A program made the position numbers and the translations under genes. A stretch of 64,000 nucleotides of DNA, from positions 36,890-100,889 of the forward strand of contig JAEOTR010000006.1 of assembly GCA_016839705.1 (NCBI GenBank). The letters run 5' to 3'. This document shows, one piece after another, positions 37,873-48,362 of the stretch; position 1 is the first letter of the stretch; every line of letters begins with the position of its first letter. A model generated the notes under the pieces. It saw nothing but the letters and a program-made list of their open reading frames with translations, was not told the DNA's origin and made no database searches. The stretch comes from Promethearchaeota archaeon (GTDB lineage: Archaea; Asgardarchaeota; Lokiarchaeia; Sigyniarchaeales; SOKP01).

Positions 37873-38256
37873 ATTTATTCAGATATTGTACTTGATCATT
37901 TCAAAAATCCTAGAAATCAAGGAGAAATGAAAGATCCTGATGCCGTCGGAAATGCAGGAAGCGCTGTATGTGGGGATTATATGCACGTTTTTATTAAAGT
38001 TAAAGAGGAAGATGGAAAAGAGATAATAGATGAAATTTCATTCCAAACTTTTGGTTGTGCAGCAGCTATTGCGTCATCCAGTATGCTCACGGAGATGGCT
38101 AGGGGAAAACCTTTAGAAGAGGCAGAAAAGCTAACTAAAATGGAAATTGTTGATGCCTTAGGCGGATTACCTGAACCTAAAATTCATTGCAGTGTAATGG
38201 CTGCAGACGGATTAAAAGAAGCAATTAGAGTGTATCGCGAGAAAAAGCTTAAGTAA
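37873..38256 (+). CDS. iscU: IscU/NifU-like Fe-S scaffold paralogue 2 (probable ATT start)
   Basis: (I)YSDIVLDHFKNPRNQGEMKDPDAVGNAGSAVCGDYM...[11 protein letters not shown]...HCSVMA. All three Cys ligands are present. The frame is closed by TGA at 37852. The first ATG (37927) would remove the conserved N-terminus. Confidence 0.8.
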   Translation: MYSDIVLDHFKNPRNQGEMKDPDAVGNAGSAVCGDYMHVFIKVKEEDGKEIIDEISFQTFGCAAAIASSSMLTEMARGKPLEEAEKLTKMEIVDALGGLPEPKIHCSVMAADGLKEAIRVYREKKLK

Positions 38257-38299
38257 CTCGATTTTCCTTAAATAATGAAATCTATTTAATATAAATTTC

Positions 38300-39061
38300 T
38301 TAAATTTCGACTGAATTGCTGCCATCAATAACTTTTACATTAGAGATATAAGAGATTTTCTGAATATCTGATAATAATCCTACTTTTGAATCGAGCTTCT
38401 TCGAGATTTCTTCTCCTTTCTTAAAAGATAATAATTTCGATTTTTTCTTGAAAGTGACAATGAAACTAATACGGTTTGTATTCTCATCTATTGAATCTAT
38501 TCCTAACATTGTATAATATTTCAAATGGCGCACGAATATCGGGCTTAAAATCAGAGAATAATCTTCAGAAACGGGAAAATCAAGCTCAATAATATCTTGA
38601 GCTAAGCCTTTAGCTCCAAATTTTCCATAAGTCATGAAGTACATTAAACTACAACCAACTGTGGTAAGCATTATTCCTACCAAATAAAACCGAGTGCCAC
38701 AAGCCATTCCTACAGCCATTACAAAAAAGATAAAACCAACATCCCTAGTTTCTTTAAGGGCATTTCTAAATCTCACAATGGAGAGTGCTCCCACTAATGT
38801 AAATGCTCGGGCAATATCTGTGCCAATGATTATCATAATCATTCCTACAATAACTCCTAACAAAACTAAAGTTTGAGTAAAATTTTGAGAGTATGAAATA
38901 CTTCGATGAGTACCTCGATAGGTTATTCCAATAAGGATTGATAAAATGATACTCCAGAAGAATACAATTATTACGTCAGTAATTTCTATAGGTGATATAA
39001 TTGAACCTAAGCTAAGAAATGAATCTTCAATAAACTTTCTTAGAAAGTCATCTAACCACAT
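38300..39061 (-). CDS. DUF4956-family membrane protein
   Basis: 253-aa ORF. N-terminal hydrophobic segments. The signature LSIVRFRNALKETRDVGFIFFVMAVGMACG is typical of DUF4956. Downstream of the VTC gene. Confidence 0.7.
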   Translation of the reverse strand: MWLDDFLRKFIEDSFLSLGSIISPIEITDVIIVFFWSIILSILIGITYRGTHRSISYSQNFTQTLVLLGVIVGMIMIIIGTDIARAFTLVGALSIVRFRNALKETRDVGFIFFVMAVGMACGTRFYLVGIMLTTVGCSLMYFMTYGKFGAKGLAQDIIELDFPVSEDYSLILSPIFVRHLKYYTMLGIDSIDENTNRISFIVTFKKKSKLLSFKKGEEISKKLDSKVGLLSDIQKISYISNVKVIDGSNSVEI

Positions 39062-39102
39062 AATATGAGAAAAATTTTGTTCTAAATTAAATTTATGAAA
39101 TA

Positions 39103-39858
39103 TTAAATCAAAGCAAAAATCTTTGTTTTTTCTAATCCTGCAGCGAATTTTGAAATCTTATACTGCACACAATCATTTTTTTGAATTATTTTAATAGCCC
39201 ATTTAGGAATAATATTGTTAAATTTTACCTCCATTATACAAATATTTGGAGGAATTATATATCTCGATCCAACCCCGAATCGAAGGTCAAGGTTATGCTT
39301 TCTCACCTTTAAATTCGTATCGAATGTTAAACGAAAGGTTTTTTCAACTCTTGACATATAAGGTTGCCTGTGATAAGATACAACACATACAGGTTTTACA
39401 TTATATTTCTTATAAAGAAACCAAATTTCATCTAAAGTGGACTTATCCTGTGCAGATGCATTTTCATAAAAATTTTTAGCTTCATTGTTATAACTGTCTA
39501 AAATACTTACCGCCTTGTTAAGAGGTACAAATATCCTGCTTTTTGCAACGTTTTCATTTATTTTTTTCTTAATCTCGATAAAAGCGTATTGTTGACTGTC
39601 TCTAGAGTAATTAGGATAATGTCGTATTCTAAGTTTTTTCCTAATTGCTATTCCATTTCTTTTCTCAAGAAAAGAATGTTGGAAATGTGAATCAAAATAC
39701 AAGCTTCTAACCTCATAATTGTAATTATTACGAACATGAGGATCCAATTTCATGAAAGGAGGAATATAAGAAAGTATTCTATCTCGTTCCTCTAATGAAA
39801 TTTGATATTTAATTTCAAATCTATTGAAATATTTTTGAAAGCTCTGGATTTTTTTCAC
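39103..39858 (-). CDS. VTC-domain (polyphosphate polymerase / triphosphate-tunnel) protein
   Basis: 251-aa ORF. RFEIKYQI, VRSLYFDS, KLRIRHY, FIEIKKK, MEVKF: alternating charged beta-strands typical of CYTH/VTC tunnel folds. Confidence 0.7.
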   Translation of the reverse strand: MKKIQSFQKYFNRFEIKYQISLEERDRILSYIPPFMKLDPHVRNNYNYEVRSLYFDSHFQHSFLEKRNGIAIRKKLRIRHYPNYSRDSQQYAFIEIKKKINENVAKSRIFVPLNKAVSILDSYNNEAKNFYENASAQDKSTLDEIWFLYKKYNVKPVCVVSYHRQPYMSRVEKTFRLTFDTNLKVRKHNLDLRFGVGSRYIIPPNICIMEVKFNNIIPKWAIKIIQKNDCVQYKISKFAAGLEKTKIFALI

Positions 39859-39882
39859 CTATTCGATTGTTTGTTTTTTGAT

Positions 39883-42531
39883 TTAAGGTAATTGAGTATA
39901 AACAAATTGAGTACGACCTATTAAATAAGTCAACACTCGGGATTTATCATAGTTAAAATAACTTTCATGAATTATAATGGGGTAACCTACAACAGGATAC
40001 GGATCAGTATAATCGAATGGAATAATTACTGTTGGTTTAATAAAATCAAACCATTGTTCTACTTGTAATATTAATGATGCAGCATTATTTACAATTTCTT
40101 CATGAGAGTCGTAGTATGCATCAACAAAATCTGAATCGGTTATTGCATTATCCCATAACGGTCGTGGACTTGGTGAAATCTGTGCCCAAATGCTGATAGC
40201 ATCATACCAATGTTCATACCCAGAAAGTAATGGTGCATTTCGAAAATCAGGAGCTCCGAAAGCGATCATAGAATTATGCCCCATGTTTAGGGTCTGTTCA
40301 GCATCCCAAGGTAAAAAAATAAAACCATAATGAGGATCAGAATATAAGAAGTAATTATGAGGAAGAAATATATAATCATCCCAATTGCCAATGAAATTGC
40401 TTGCTGCAAAATACCTGGCTAAAAGATCTATATTAGCAACATCTTGAATATTACTCCAATTATAATTAATGTATTGGACGAATTTCTCCAAATCAGAATA
40501 ATCATCTTGTTCTTCATTTGTTCTCAATTCGTAAACTCGACGACCATCCCAGGAAAAATAATTTTTTATACTTGGAAGATTAGCAAGATTAGCGTTAAGA
40601 TCTGTAGTTTTATAAAGATTTCCATTAGGGTTTTTAAAGTTATAGTTTAGGAAGGTCTTATCAATATCCTCTGTAAGTAAATACAACCCTTTGTATTCTC
40701 TAGGTTTAACTATATCTCCATTTTCATCCGTTTCAGTAAGAAAAAGTTTCGCCCAACTAGTTCTTGGGCATGGATATCCGAGATTTTTATAGATTTCATA
40801 ACTCGCCATTTCATTCATAAAGGAATAATCTGTTGGAGCTGCTCGTATATTTAGCCTTCGTAATCCTAAGAATCGTCGATTTTCATTTTCTGGTAGATAA
40901 GAATATTGTAAATCTCCGATATATAATTCCGTTTCGCTAAACTTTAATTTAAAAGAATCTTTGGGATATAAAACATTATAATTAGCACGAACCCTAAACC
41001 CAACATTTTCTATCGAATATTCATCAATTGAAACATCAGCCGGCATAAAGAGACGGTTTGTCCAACGATTACTGTCATGTTTACGAATCATCATATCATC
41101 TAAGTAATCTATTTGAATAACAACATTGACCTCATGGATTTTTTGAGTTGAAAATAATAAAGATGATTTGAAATAATATCTTCTGGCGGTGGGAGTTGAA
41201 AATCCTAATATATTATCATCAGCACGGTAAGGTGATTTAAAATTATCAAAAAATACATTAGGTTGCTCAGTTAAGATGTTATCCAATAAATTACATCTGT
41301 TTATTATCCAGTTTTCAACTGTATCAGTGATATTTTCAACTGAATTATCGTCATTTAAAGATCGAGTAAGTGAATTTTGGATTGGTATGTAAAGTTCTTG
41401 GAAACGATTTATTAGATCATCTAATTTCCAAATATTAGTTCTTAAATAACTCCAACGGTTAATAATATCTGATATAAACCCATCGTTTATCGAAGAATTA
41501 TCAGGAAATAAGAGTCGATGGTATAATTTACTCCAGACTACAGAGTCAATTTGATTTTCACCACTATTTAACCAAAGATCAATAGGGATAGAACCGTGTT
41601 CGGAAAAACCCCAGCATTGTGCAAAATCCCAAGGTAGAAAAAAGAAAACCCCCGAAGTTTTATGGTTATACACCATATAATATGAAGATCCTTCTATAAT
41701 TTCATGACCAACTAATAACCCAAATAATAGGTTATCAATTAAAGTAATATTATCAAATATCGTAAAAATACCATATTCATGGTTGAACAGTTCTTCCTCT
41801 GATGCATTATTAACAAACTCAGTAAGATTAATAGGAATTTGAGAAAAATCAATTGTATTTGGATATAATTGCTCCATTGGAGGATTAGTAGCTGTAGGAT
41901 CTAGATAGAAGTCACCGTTCCAATTATTCGCCTTAAATATCATATCATTTTCCTCGGGATTACTAATATCTTCTTGCTCTAAATTCATAAATTTTCGATC
42001 TATTCTCTCAGAGAGTAAATAGAGACCTTGGTAATTCTCATTTATATAAACTTCTACAAACTTAGATTGCGGAAGTTTACAATAAGAATTGTTATCTTCT
42101 AGCATATTAAAAACATCAAAAGCTAGTTTTGTCCTTAAAGCGTCTAAATTTTTACCAGAAGGTAAAAGAATCCAATCGTCATCATCACGAATTCGAAATA
42201 AATTTTCACTTTGATATAACTCAAAAGAAAAACCCCCATCAGAATCCCTTCTTCTAATTTCGGCAGCTAAATAGTGATTGGCCCATTGAGATTTTACAAA
42301 TTCATTAGAAATCGGAGAAATCTTTATAAAGCATTGTTGAGCAGAATTTGTTACTTCATTTGATACTTTAATATTAATTATTGGTACTTCTGGAGTATAT
42401 GAGATCGAATTTGTAGTATCCTGATAAGAAAAATAGACAAAAGTCGAAATGGTGATAACCGAAATGATGAGGAAAGGAACTAATTCTCTCTTAAGTCGAG
42501 ATGGCTTTAGTTTTTCGAGTTGAACAGACAT
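39883..42531 (-). CDS. CotH-family kinase-like protein with two tandem CotH modules and an N-terminal membrane anchor
   Basis: 882-aa ORF. N-terminal helix LVPFLIISVITISTFVYF. Two copies of the CotH core: VEVYINENYQGLYLLSERIDRKF...FLPWDFAQCWG and EYKGLYLLTEDIDKTF...NWDDY...FLPWDAEQTLN. Confidence 0.75.
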   Translation of the reverse strand: MSVQLEKLKPSRLKRELVPFLIISVITISTFVYFSYQDTTNSISYTPEVPIINIKVSNEVTNSAQQCFIKISPISNEFVKSQWANHYLAAEIRRRDSDGGFSFELYQSENLFRIRDDDDWILLPSGKNLDALRTKLAFDVFNMLEDNNSYCKLPQSKFVEVYINENYQGLYLLSERIDRKFMNLEQEDISNPEENDMIFKANNWNGDFYLDPTATNPPMEQLYPNTIDFSQIPINLTEFVNNASEEELFNHEYGIFTIFDNITLIDNLLFGLLVGHEIIEGSSYYMVYNHKTSGVFFFLPWDFAQCWGFSEHGSIPIDLWLNSGENQIDSVVWSKLYHRLLFPDNSSINDGFISDIINRWSYLRTNIWKLDDLINRFQELYIPIQNSLTRSLNDDNSVENITDTVENWIINRCNLLDNILTEQPNVFFDNFKSPYRADDNILGFSTPTARRYYFKSSLLFSTQKIHEVNVVIQIDYLDDMMIRKHDSNRWTNRLFMPADVSIDEYSIENVGFRVRANYNVLYPKDSFKLKFSETELYIGDLQYSYLPENENRRFLGLRRLNIRAAPTDYSFMNEMASYEIYKNLGYPCPRTSWAKLFLTETDENGDIVKPREYKGLYLLTEDIDKTFLNYNFKNPNGNLYKTTDLNANLANLPSIKNYFSWDGRRVYELRTNEEQDDYSDLEKFVQYINYNWSNIQDVANIDLLARYFAASNFIGNWDDYIFLPHNYFLYSDPHYGFIFLPWDAEQTLNMGHNSMIAFGAPDFRNAPLLSGYEHWYDAISIWAQISPSPRPLWDNAITDSDFVDAYYDSHEEIVNNAASLILQVEQWFDFIKPTVIIPFDYTDPYPVVGYPIIIHESYFNYDKSRVLTYLIGRTQFVYTQLP

Positions 42532-42623
42532 TTTGATACCTTATTTATTTTCAAAATTTTAAAGCTTTCTAATAATAAATAGATATCGAATTGTTGAGTA
42601 GGTTGTGGTGTAAGAAAAATTTT

Positions 42624-43586
42624 TCAGAAGTGGTTTATTAAAATTGTTGATAGCTTTTCCCAATAATTCTCTATATTCCAGTCTTTTTGATCTTTGATTT
42701 TCGAAGATATATCTTTAAAAATTTCTTTTATTTTTAAAGAAGCGAAATAATTTATCTTAGGTGCGACCAATCCAATCATATAACGTCTTTCTCCTCCCCT
42801 CACAGAACTATCTTGAAAAGAATCAAAGAAGATATAACCATCTCGATTGAAGTTTTTAATATTAAGTAATATACCCTCTGCTTTACTGATGTTTTCATAC
42901 CCATAGAGGGAAACTATTGCATGGAATAATTGTTGTCCCAGCCTTTCAATTGAAAAAGAAGAATTTCCATTTTTTGGAAAATTAGATATTAATTTTGGAC
43001 CTGTTTTATCATCCCAAAATACAACTAATAGGATAACATGACTTTTCTCTTCTTCTGTAATTGACGGAATTGTTTTCATCTTAACAGAGGAAAGTAAAAC
43101 TTCAAGTTTTGCATTGATTTCTTTTATATTTTTATTCCGAGAGATTTTTCCAGCTATAATCGCAAGTAGATCTTCAGTGTGAAATGGTTTTGTGAGATAA
43201 TCGTCAACACCTAACATTTTCCCCAACCGAACATCTTCAGGAGTATTATGCCCTGATAAAAAAATGAAAGGAATATGATTGAGCATGTTTTTATTCGAGA
43301 TAGCTTCAAATAAATTATAACCATCCATTTCCGGCATAACAATATCACTTATGATAATTTCAGGAATCTTTTTAGAAGTATAACGTAGTTCCAAAGCAAC
43401 TTGTCCATTATTTGCAGTGATTACGTCGTAATCTTTCACTTCTAATAAATGTCGTATATTTCGTAACAATCCTAAATCATCATCTACAACAAATATTAAA
43501 GGTTTCACAGTTAAGAACTCGCTTTTCTTGTTTTCATAGCAGAATTTTTTTAAATTTAAAGGGAGAAAATTTTTCAATAATAACAA
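42624..43586 (-). CDS. response-regulator receiver (REC) protein with C-terminal alpha/beta domain of unknown type (roadblock/longin-like pattern)
   Basis: REC motifs FVVDDD, SDIVMPEMDG, FLSG, LTKPF. No HTH is evident in the C-terminal ~140 aa. The likely true start is the GTG (MKPLIFVVDDD) at 43508. Confidence 0.75.
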   Translation of the reverse strand: MLLLKNFLPLNLKKFCYENKKSEFLTVKPLIFVVDDDLGLLRNIRHLLEVKDYDVITANNGQVALELRYTSKKIPEIIISDIVMPEMDGYNLFEAISNKNMLNHIPFIFLSGHNTPEDVRLGKMLGVDDYLTKPFHTEDLLAIIAGKISRNKNIKEINAKLEVLLSSVKMKTIPSITEEEKSHVILLVVFWDDKTGPKLISNFPKNGNSSFSIERLGQQLFHAIVSLYGYENISKAEGILLNIKNFNRDGYIFFDSFQDSSVRGGERRYMIGLVAPKINYFASLKIKEIFKDISSKIKDQKDWNIENYWEKLSTILINHF

Positions 43587-43797
43587 AAATATCCCCTTTT
43601 TTATGATTTCTGGAAAGGAAAATCTTATAAAGATGAAATTTTATATCGCGATAATAAAGCTGGTATTATAAATTGTAGTGATAAAATTAATTAAGAATAT
43701 CTTTATCTAAAGCCTATAATCAAAAAACAGCAAAAATAAAGAGTTGATTTAAATTTTATTACACACATACACACTAAGCCCTTACCATTGGATTTTT

Positions 43798-43980
43798 ATG
43801 CTAGTAGGGGGAATTGCTTTAGTTGTAGTAAACCTATTTATTGCTAAATATATGCATAAAGATGCGCTTAAAAGAGACATTAAAAATAGCGAATTCTGGT
43901 TATTAATCGGTTTTATTTTAGGTGTACTTGGTTTACTTCTTTATGTTTTCGTTCGGAAAAATTATGAAGTGAGAACATAG
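43798..43980 (+). CDS. small two-helix membrane protein, hypothetical
   Basis: 60-aa ORF with an ATG start and two hydrophobic helices separated by a basic loop. Confidence 0.35.
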   Translation: MLVGGIALVVVNLFIAKYMHKDALKRDIKNSEFWLLIGFILGVLGLLLYVFVRKNYEVRT

Positions 43981-44024
43981 AATTTAAAATTTAAAAAAAA
44001 AGATTTTTTTTCTATTTCTTTTAA

Positions 44025-44213
44025 TTATCGTTTATCTATGATTAATTCTCCACCAACACCTACATTTTCAGGTAAATTCTCTTTTATTACAATCACATAA
44101 GCGCTTCTTGGGATCTTATATGCTTTTTCCAGTGATTCAGTAATTTCTTTAACGAGGACTCTCTTAACTTCTAATTCTTTAATTGGTGGACCATCTATTA
44201 CTACATTTGGCAT
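44025..44213 (-). CDS. 4-oxalocrotonate tautomerase family enzyme
   Basis: 62-aa ORF. Pro immediately after Met (MPNVVI), beta-alpha-beta size, VVIKENLPENVGVGGELI. Confidence 0.75.
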   Translation of the reverse strand: MPNVVIDGPPIKELEVKRVLVKEITESLEKAYKIPRSAYVIVIKENLPENVGVGGELIIDKR

Positions 44214-44362
44214 TATTTAACCCTCTTTATTCTGATTTTTTATATTTTTATTTAATATATTGAAATATTTATTAGATATAATTGAATTTTTAATGTTAAT
44301 TCATTGAATAAGTTACTAAAAAAGGTATTTAATTCATTAAGAATTCATATTTATAAATTTTA

Positions 44363-45235
44363 ATGATTACGATTATGATGTTTACAAAACCAATAACGGA
44401 TGTTATCAAAAAGCGAACATCTTGGAGGACCTATACAAATGAGCCCCTCGCACAGGATGTCAGAGAAAAAATGATTAATATGATGAGAGATAATGATTTT
44501 GGTAGTCCTTTCAGTGAAAAAGCGGGAAATTCTCGGTTTGAACTCTTGAGCATACCCGAATTCGATCCTTCAGAAAGAGAAAACTTAGGAACCTATGGAA
44601 CAATTGAAGGAGTGCAGGATTTTATTGTTGGGGCGATAGAGAAATCTAAATATGATCGTGAACATTTTGGGTATATATTGGAATCACTTATATTAGGTGC
44701 AACTGATCTTGGTCTTGGAACAGTCTGGTTGGGCGGTACTTTCAATCGTAGCTTATTTTCAGCAAAAATAAAAAAGAAAGAAAATGAAATAGTTCCAGCA
44801 ATTACTCCTATAGGGTATCCAGCAGCCAGAACATCTAAAGAAATAACGATTCGATCATATGCAAAAGCTGATAAGCGATTTCCCTGGGAGAAGCTCTTTT
44901 TTAAAGGTGATTTTTCAACCCCTCTCAAACTTGAAAATGAATATTTCACATTAATTGAAAATGTACGCCTTGGACCTTCTGCTGGCAATTTTCAACCCTG
45001 GAGAATTGTTAAGGAGCCTACTGAAGATAATTTTCACTTCTACCTTTTATACACTGATGATAAAATGGGAAAGGTTTATAATGTATTTAAGCGACTTGAT
45101 ATTGGAATAGCTGTGAGCCACTTTAACCTCAGTGCGAAAGAATTGGGAATTAACGGAAAATGGGGCTTTGAAAAACCTAACATTTCTACAACTGAGGATT
45201 TTCAGTACATTATTTCTTGGTACGGGGATAATTAA
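44363..45235 (+). CDS. nitroreductase-family protein (TM1586-like)
   Basis: 290-aa ORF. VIKKRTSWRTY N-terminal motif, GLGTVWLGG, SAGNFQPWR. Confidence 0.7.
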   Translation: MITIMMFTKPITDVIKKRTSWRTYTNEPLAQDVREKMINMMRDNDFGSPFSEKAGNSRFELLSIPEFDPSERENLGTYGTIEGVQDFIVGAIEKSKYDREHFGYILESLILGATDLGLGTVWLGGTFNRSLFSAKIKKKENEIVPAITPIGYPAARTSKEITIRSYAKADKRFPWEKLFFKGDFSTPLKLENEYFTLIENVRLGPSAGNFQPWRIVKEPTEDNFHFYLLYTDDKMGKVYNVFKRLDIGIAVSHFNLSAKELGINGKWGFEKPNISTTEDFQYIISWYGDN

Positions 45236-45446
45236 TTTTATTAGGATTTTGAGAGGATTCTTCTGGATACATAAAATTATTTCAAATTATTATTTGGGTT
45301 ACTTTTTAAAATTATTTTAAATAATAAAAATCCTTGAGGTTTTATTAAATAGCTCATGAAATTTACCAAGATTTCTTTCAAATTATAAACAAAAGGTATA
45401 ATTAATACATTATGTAATAAAAAACATGAAGCTAGGTGATATTTGA

Positions 45447-48344
45447 ATGGTAGAAACAAGAGAAGATATCAATTTAAAATTATCGGGCATGACGTGCGCT
45501 AATTGTGCATTGAAAATTGAGAATAAATTAAATAGTCTCGAGGGTGTAAGAAGTGCTGTTGTCAATTTTGCAAATGAAGAAGCCACAGTTGAATATGATC
45601 CAAATACAACGAATTTCAAAACTTTTAAGGAAGCAGTTAAGGATCTTGGATATAAAGCATCACTCGCACGAATCGATTTAAAAGTGACTGATAAATTATC
45701 AGAGGATGATTTTAACAATCTTACTAAAAATGTCATAGAAATTGAAGGAATCCATGATGTTAGAGGAAATTTCAAAGCTTCCAAGTTATTTATAGAATTC
45801 AATGAATTAGCTCTAGATGAAGCTGGGGTATATACTAAGGTCAAGAAATTGGGCTATACCATTGAGAAATCCGCAGGATCAATGGATATAGAAATTGTGA
45901 AACATAAAAAAGAGATGAGATATCGGCTGCGTATCATGTTAATTTCCTTGGCATTTTCCCTAGTGATTACTCCTACAAGTTGGTTTGTTGTTGATTCATT
46001 TAATAGAAACGTAATTCTTTTCTTTTTTGCGTTAGCAAATTATGGGATTTCGGGTTCATTTTTCTTAATTGGAGCATATAAATCATTAAAGAATAAATCT
46101 ACAAATATGGATGTATTAGTTGCTTTAGGAACTACTACAGCGCTAATTTACTCTATATTAACGACATTCGTTATATCTGGTAAAACATTTTATGAAGCCA
46201 TGAGCATGATAATAACTTTCTTATTAATTGGGAAATATTTAGAGCACAAAACTAAAGGACAAGCTTCAGAAGCTATAAAAAAACTTATTGGTCTACAACC
46301 TAAAACAGCAATGATTATAAAAGATGGAGAAGAAACAGAGATTCCCATTGAAGAGATTGAAGTTGGAGATGTTTTAGTAGTAAGACCTGGAGAGAAAATA
46401 CCGGTTGATGGGAGAGTGGTTAAAGGAAAATCTAAAGTTGATGAATCAATGATTACAGGAGAGAGTAAATACGTTAAAAAAGAAATAGATAGTGAAGTAA
46501 TTGGAGCTACTGTGAATCAAAACGGTTTAATTCATATTATAACTGAGAAAGTAGGAAAAGAAACTCTGTTATTTCAAATAATTGATTTTGTAAAACAAGC
46601 TCAAAGTCGGAAGGCAGCTAAACAGCAATTAGCTGATAAAATTAGTAATTATTTCGTTCCTACTGTAATTATAATCGCTATGAGTGCCTTTCTATTTTGG
46701 TATTTCATTGGAACTCAAATTTACCCTTCCCTACAAGTTACACAGCTAGAAACATCATTACAAGTATTCACATCAATCGTAGTTATTGCTTGTCCTTGTG
46801 CATTAGGATTAGCTATCCCAACAGCAGTTATGGTTGGTACAGGCAAAGGCGCTGAGAATGGCTTGTTAATTAAAGGTGGTGATTCATTAGAGGCGATCAA
46901 TACCATTAATACAATAGTGTTTGATAAGACAGGTACCTTAACAGTTGGTAAACCAAAAGTAACGATAATCTATACAGAAAAAGAACTAACGGGAAAGGGT
47001 TATGATGAGGATGACCTATTATTCTATGCAGGTAGTGCGGAAATGGGTTCTGAACACCCCATTGGAAGGGCAATAATTGAAGAGGCAAACCAAAGAGCTC
47101 TAAATCTTGAATTTCCAACGGAATTCGACGCTATTCCTGGAAAAGGTATCAAAACTACAATTAATCAAAAGATAGTTTTGATTGGAAACGAAAAATTAAT
47201 CGATGATTATCAGGTCTCAAGTGAAGTTTATAAAACTAAATTTGAGGAATTTCAACAACAGGGAATAACGACAATCCTTATTAGTATTGATAACTCTGTT
47301 AGAGGAGTAATTGGAATTTCCGATAAGATTAAAGATCAAGCACCCTATGCTTTAGAAAAACTGCGAGAAATGGGACTAGAGATTTATATGTTAACCGGGG
47401 ACAATATGCAAACTGCTTTGAGCATAGGAAGTCAATTAAAAATTGATGAGGAACATATATTTGCAGAAGTACTACCCAATGAAAAAGCACTCACCATCCA
47501 ACAACTCCAAAATTCTGGTGATGATATAATTGTTGGAATGGTCGGAGATGGCATAAACGATGCCCCAGCATTAGCTCAAGCAGATGTAGGGATTGCTATT
47601 GGCTCTGGGACGGACGTGGCGATTGAAACTGCGGATATTGTGCTCATGAGAGGAGATTTAAGAAACGTTGTCTCAGCAATTAATCTATCTAAGAAAACGT
47701 ATAAAAAAATGATTACAAATCTATTCTGGGCATTTATTTATAACATCATTGGCATTCCTCTCGCAGCTGGAGTTTTATTTGCAGCAACAGGATTCTTCTT
47801 ACCGCCATATCTAGCAGCAGTTTTTATGGCATCAAGTTCAGTTTCTGTAGTTACGAATGCTTTGTTTTTGAAGAGATATGAACCGAAAACACCTCAACAA
47901 ATTGAAGAAGAAAAATTATTGATCTCTCAAGAGAAGGTAACAGACCCTGTATGCGGGATGGAGATTGACCCTAGACGTGCGATTGAATATGAATATAAAA
48001 ATAAAATATATCACTTCTGCAACCCAAATTGCGAAGCCCACTTTAAACGTGATCCTGAAAGATTTAAAAATTATGATTCGATGGATCCGAAATTAATGCA
48101 AATGAAAGAATCTGATAAAAGTAAAGAAAAAGTAAGTATAGATGGTAATAATCAAGAAAAAGAGGAGGAAATAAAAATGGGACAATTAAAATGTTCTGAA
48201 TGTGGAGCAACTCAAGAACTTCCAATGCATTGTGGACAAGCTATGCACAAGGAAGGTGACCAGTTAGTATGTTGGATGGGTGCTAGCTGTGGAGCTCAAG
48301 ATATTCCAGAACATCATGGGAAAAAAATGCAAGTTATTGAATAA
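45447..48344 (+). CDS. copA: copper-translocating P1B-type ATPase with N-terminal HMA and C-terminal YHS/TRASH plus Cys/His/Met-rich tail
   Basis: 965-aa [37 protein letters not shown]-terminal DPVCGMEID...[12 protein letters not shown]. Terminal tandem motif [15 protein letters not shown] / [19 protein letters not shown] lies upstream of the ATG, with 7 nt between its GGTG core and the ATG. Confidence 0.9.
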   Translation: MVETREDINLKLSGMTCANCALKIENKLNSLEGVRSAVVNFANEEATVEYDPNTTNFKTFKEAVKDLGYKASLARIDLKVTDKLSEDDFNNLTKNVIEIEGIHDVRGNFKASKLFIEFNELALDEAGVYTKVKKLGYTIEKSAGSMDIEIVKHKKEMRYRLRIMLISLAFSLVITPTSWFVVDSFNRNVILFFFALANYGISGSFFLIGAYKSLKNKSTNMDVLVALGTTTALIYSILTTFVISGKTFYEAMSMIITFLLIGKYLEHKTKGQASEAIKKLIGLQPKTAMIIKDGEETEIPIEEIEVGDVLVVRPGEKIPVDGRVVKGKSKVDESMITGESKYVKKEIDSEVIGATVNQNGLIHIITEKVGKETLLFQIIDFVKQAQSRKAAKQQLADKISNYFVPTVIIIAMSAFLFWYFIGTQIYPSLQVTQLETSLQVFTSIVVIACPCALGLAIPTAVMVGTGKGAENGLLIKGGDSLEAINTINTIVFDKTGTLTVGKPKVTIIYTEKELTGKGYDEDDLLFYAGSAEMGSEHPIGRAIIEEANQRALNLEFPTEFDAIPGKGIKTTINQKIVLIGNEKLIDDYQVSSEVYKTKFEEFQQQGITTILISIDNSVRGVIGISDKIKDQAPYALEKLREMGLEIYMLTGDNMQTALSIGSQLKIDEEHIFAEVLPNEKALTIQQLQNSGDDIIVGMVGDGINDAPALAQADVGIAIGSGTDVAIETADIVLMRGDLRNVVSAINLSKKTYKKMITNLFWAFIYNIIGIPLAAGVLFAATGFFLPPYLAAVFMASSSVSVVTNALFLKRYEPKTPQQIEEEKLLISQEKVTDPVCGMEIDPRRAIEYEYKNKIYHFCNPNCEAHFKRDPERFKNYDSMDPKLMQMKESDKSKEKVSIDGNNQEKEEEIKMGQLKCSECGATQELPMHCGQAMHKEGDQLVCWMGASCGAQDIPEHHGKKMQVIE

Positions 48345-48362
48345 TGGAAAAGTGGTGTAAAA

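Noticed and set aside
43765-43785. A CA-rich microrepeat (acacacatacacac) upstream of the 60-aa ORF.
   Set aside because: It is a short, single occurrence with no partner repeat or flanking structure. It is probably incidental.
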